A stretch of 64,000 nucleotides of DNA from an uncultured Gemmataceae bacterium (lineage in GTDB: Bacteria > Planctomycetota > Planctomycetia > Gemmatales > Gemmataceae), in contig CAVVPN010000004.1 in the NCBI GenBank assembly GCA_963750165.1, positions 960,001-1,024,000 on the forward strand. The letters are read 5' to 3'. The notes below the pieces were generated by a model. It was not told the DNA's origin, ran no database searches, and worked only from the letters and a program-made list of their open reading frames with translations. Numbering within the stretch: the first letter of the stretch is position 1; every line of letters begins with the position of its first letter. The position numbers and the translations under genes are program-made. Below, one piece after another: positions 62,752 to 64,000 of the stretch.

Positions 62752-63600
62752 TCACGACGCGGGGTTGTCCGCGGAACAGATCGGGCCGTACAGCTCTGGC
62801 CGCCTGTGCCGCACCCGGTCCAGCTCGTATCCTTTCGGGATGATGACGATGTGCTTGTCGCGGGCCTGCCCCGGGTCAATGTCGGCGTACAGAATGGCCG
62901 GCCGGTCGTCGTCACTGACCGCCAGCAGGTCGCCGTTGACGTTGACGATGCGGCTCATGCCCAGGAAGCGGAAGTCACGCTCGGTGCCGACGCGGTTGAC
63001 CGCGGCGTAGTAGACGCGGTTCTCCAGCGCCCGGGCCTGAATCAGATACTTGACTGTGCCGAGGGCGCCGGTGGGCCAGTTGGTCGGCAGCACGATCAGG
63101 TCGGCGCCGCGCAGCATCAACACACGGGCGGCCTCGGGGAAACTGCCGTCGTAGCAAATATTCATGCCGACGCGCAGGCCGCCGAGGTCGTGGACCGCGA
63201 ACGGCCGGTCGCCCGGCGTGGTGAAGTGATCGACGCCCAGGCAGGGCAGGTGGACCTTGCGATAGGTCGCGGCCACACCGGCCGGGCCGACCAGGACACA
63301 GGCGTTGTAGAGCAGGTCGCCGGCGGCGCGTTCGAGCAGGCCGACGACCACCCAGACGCCGAGGCGGGCGCAGTCGGCGGCGAGGGCGTCGGTGCTGGGG
63401 CCGGGGATAAGCTCGGCGTGCGGCAGGGCCTCGGCCTTGCTCGCGAAGCAGTAGCCGGTCAGGGCGCACTCCGGGAAGATCACGAGCCGGGCCCCGGACG
63501 CCGCGGCCTCGTGCAGCCGGGCGCGGACGTACTCCAGGTTGTGGGGCCGGTCGCCGAGCCGGCAGTCCATCTGCACGCCGGCGATTTTCCAGGGGGCCAT
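62752..63600 (-). CDS. Carbon-nitrogen hydrolase family protein
   Basis: FPECALTGY, YRKVHL, ICYD, ARALEN. Confidence 0.9.
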   Translation of the reverse strand: MAPWKIAGVQMDCRLGDRPHNLEYVRARLHEAAASGARLVIFPECALTGYCFASKAEALPHAELIPGPSTDALAADCARLGVWVVVGLLERAAGDLLYNACVLVGPAGVAATYRKVHLPCLGVDHFTTPGDRPFAVHDLGGLRVGMNICYDGSFPEAARVLMLRGADLIVLPTNWPTGALGTVKYLIQARALENRVYYAAVNRVGTERDFRFLGMSRIVNVNGDLLAVSDDDRPAILYADIDPGQARDKHIVIIPKGYELDRVRHRRPELYGPICSADNPAS

Positions 63601-63744
63601 GACGGTCGGGCCTCGCGGGGATGGGGTCGGTGGGGATATTGTGTGGATGCGCGGTCGGGTGGCAACGCGCCGCTTGACCGGCGGGCGGGCGGTGGTAGCA
63701 TGGCTGCGGTGTACAACGCCCGCGTACGATTGCCCGGAGTCCGC

Positions 63745-64000
63745 ATGGACCCGCTACCGAGTTTGCTCGCCGTCGCGGCCGGTGTGGCCCTGCTCGCCTG
63801 CCGGCCGCGCTATGCGTTCGTCGTGCGCCTGGAGCGGGGTGAGCCGCGGGTGGCCTCCGGCGAGGTGACCGCCGCCTTCCTCGAGGAGGTTCGCGAGGTC
63901 TGCCAACAGGCCCGTCAAATGAGCGGCTGGCTGGGCGGCGTCCGCCAGGGCCACCGCATCAAGCTGACGTTTTCGCACGGCATCCCGCCGCCGTTACGCC
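63745..64000 (+). CDS. DUF3634-like small membrane protein; runs off window
   Basis: Manual translation MDPLPSLLAVAAGVALLACRPRYAFVVRLERG..GEVTAAFLEEV..IKLTFSHGIP. Confidence 0.55.
   Translation, partial: MDPLPSLLAVAAGVALLACRPRYAFVVRLERGEPRVASGEVTAAFLEEVREVCQQARQMSGWLGGVRQGHRIKLTFSHGIPPPLR

Overview
High-GC bacterial chromosome segment, most likely Planctomycetota (Gemmataceae-like). This is inferred from a DUF4058-type gene, a TIGR02999-type ECF sigma factor, an ECF with a long C-terminal extension, a PVC-type haem CxxCH protein and an H4MPT-pathway gene. It holds about 50 mostly housekeeping or envelope genes (moaEA, aroD-aroE, aroK, prepilin peptidase, hisHA, an EF-G paralogue, rlmI, gltX, glnS, sulfatase/FGE, and a GT2-YdjC-GT87 cluster), several gene remnants and many palindromic repeat families. 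It also holds a 16S-less rRNA locus: tRNA-Ile, tRNA-Ala, 23S, 5S. Most notable: (1) the 23S gene carries three group I introns at E. coli-equivalent positions 1917 (with a LAGLIDADG endonuclease), 1951 and 2500, and the last apparently ends in A rather than omega-G; (2) a Thr/Ile-rich 13-codon leader ORF and an intrinsic terminator lie between a consensus promoter and tRNA-Ile/tRNA-Ala, resembling an attenuator controlling tRNA genes; (3) an ECF sigma factor is fused to a di-haem peroxidase domain; (4) the EF-G paralogue lacks the catalytic His and has a domain IV insert. About ten single-base frameshifts, including in glnS, suggest long-read indel errors, so single-nucleotide claims need read checks. 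All family calls come from motif recognition, not database searches.
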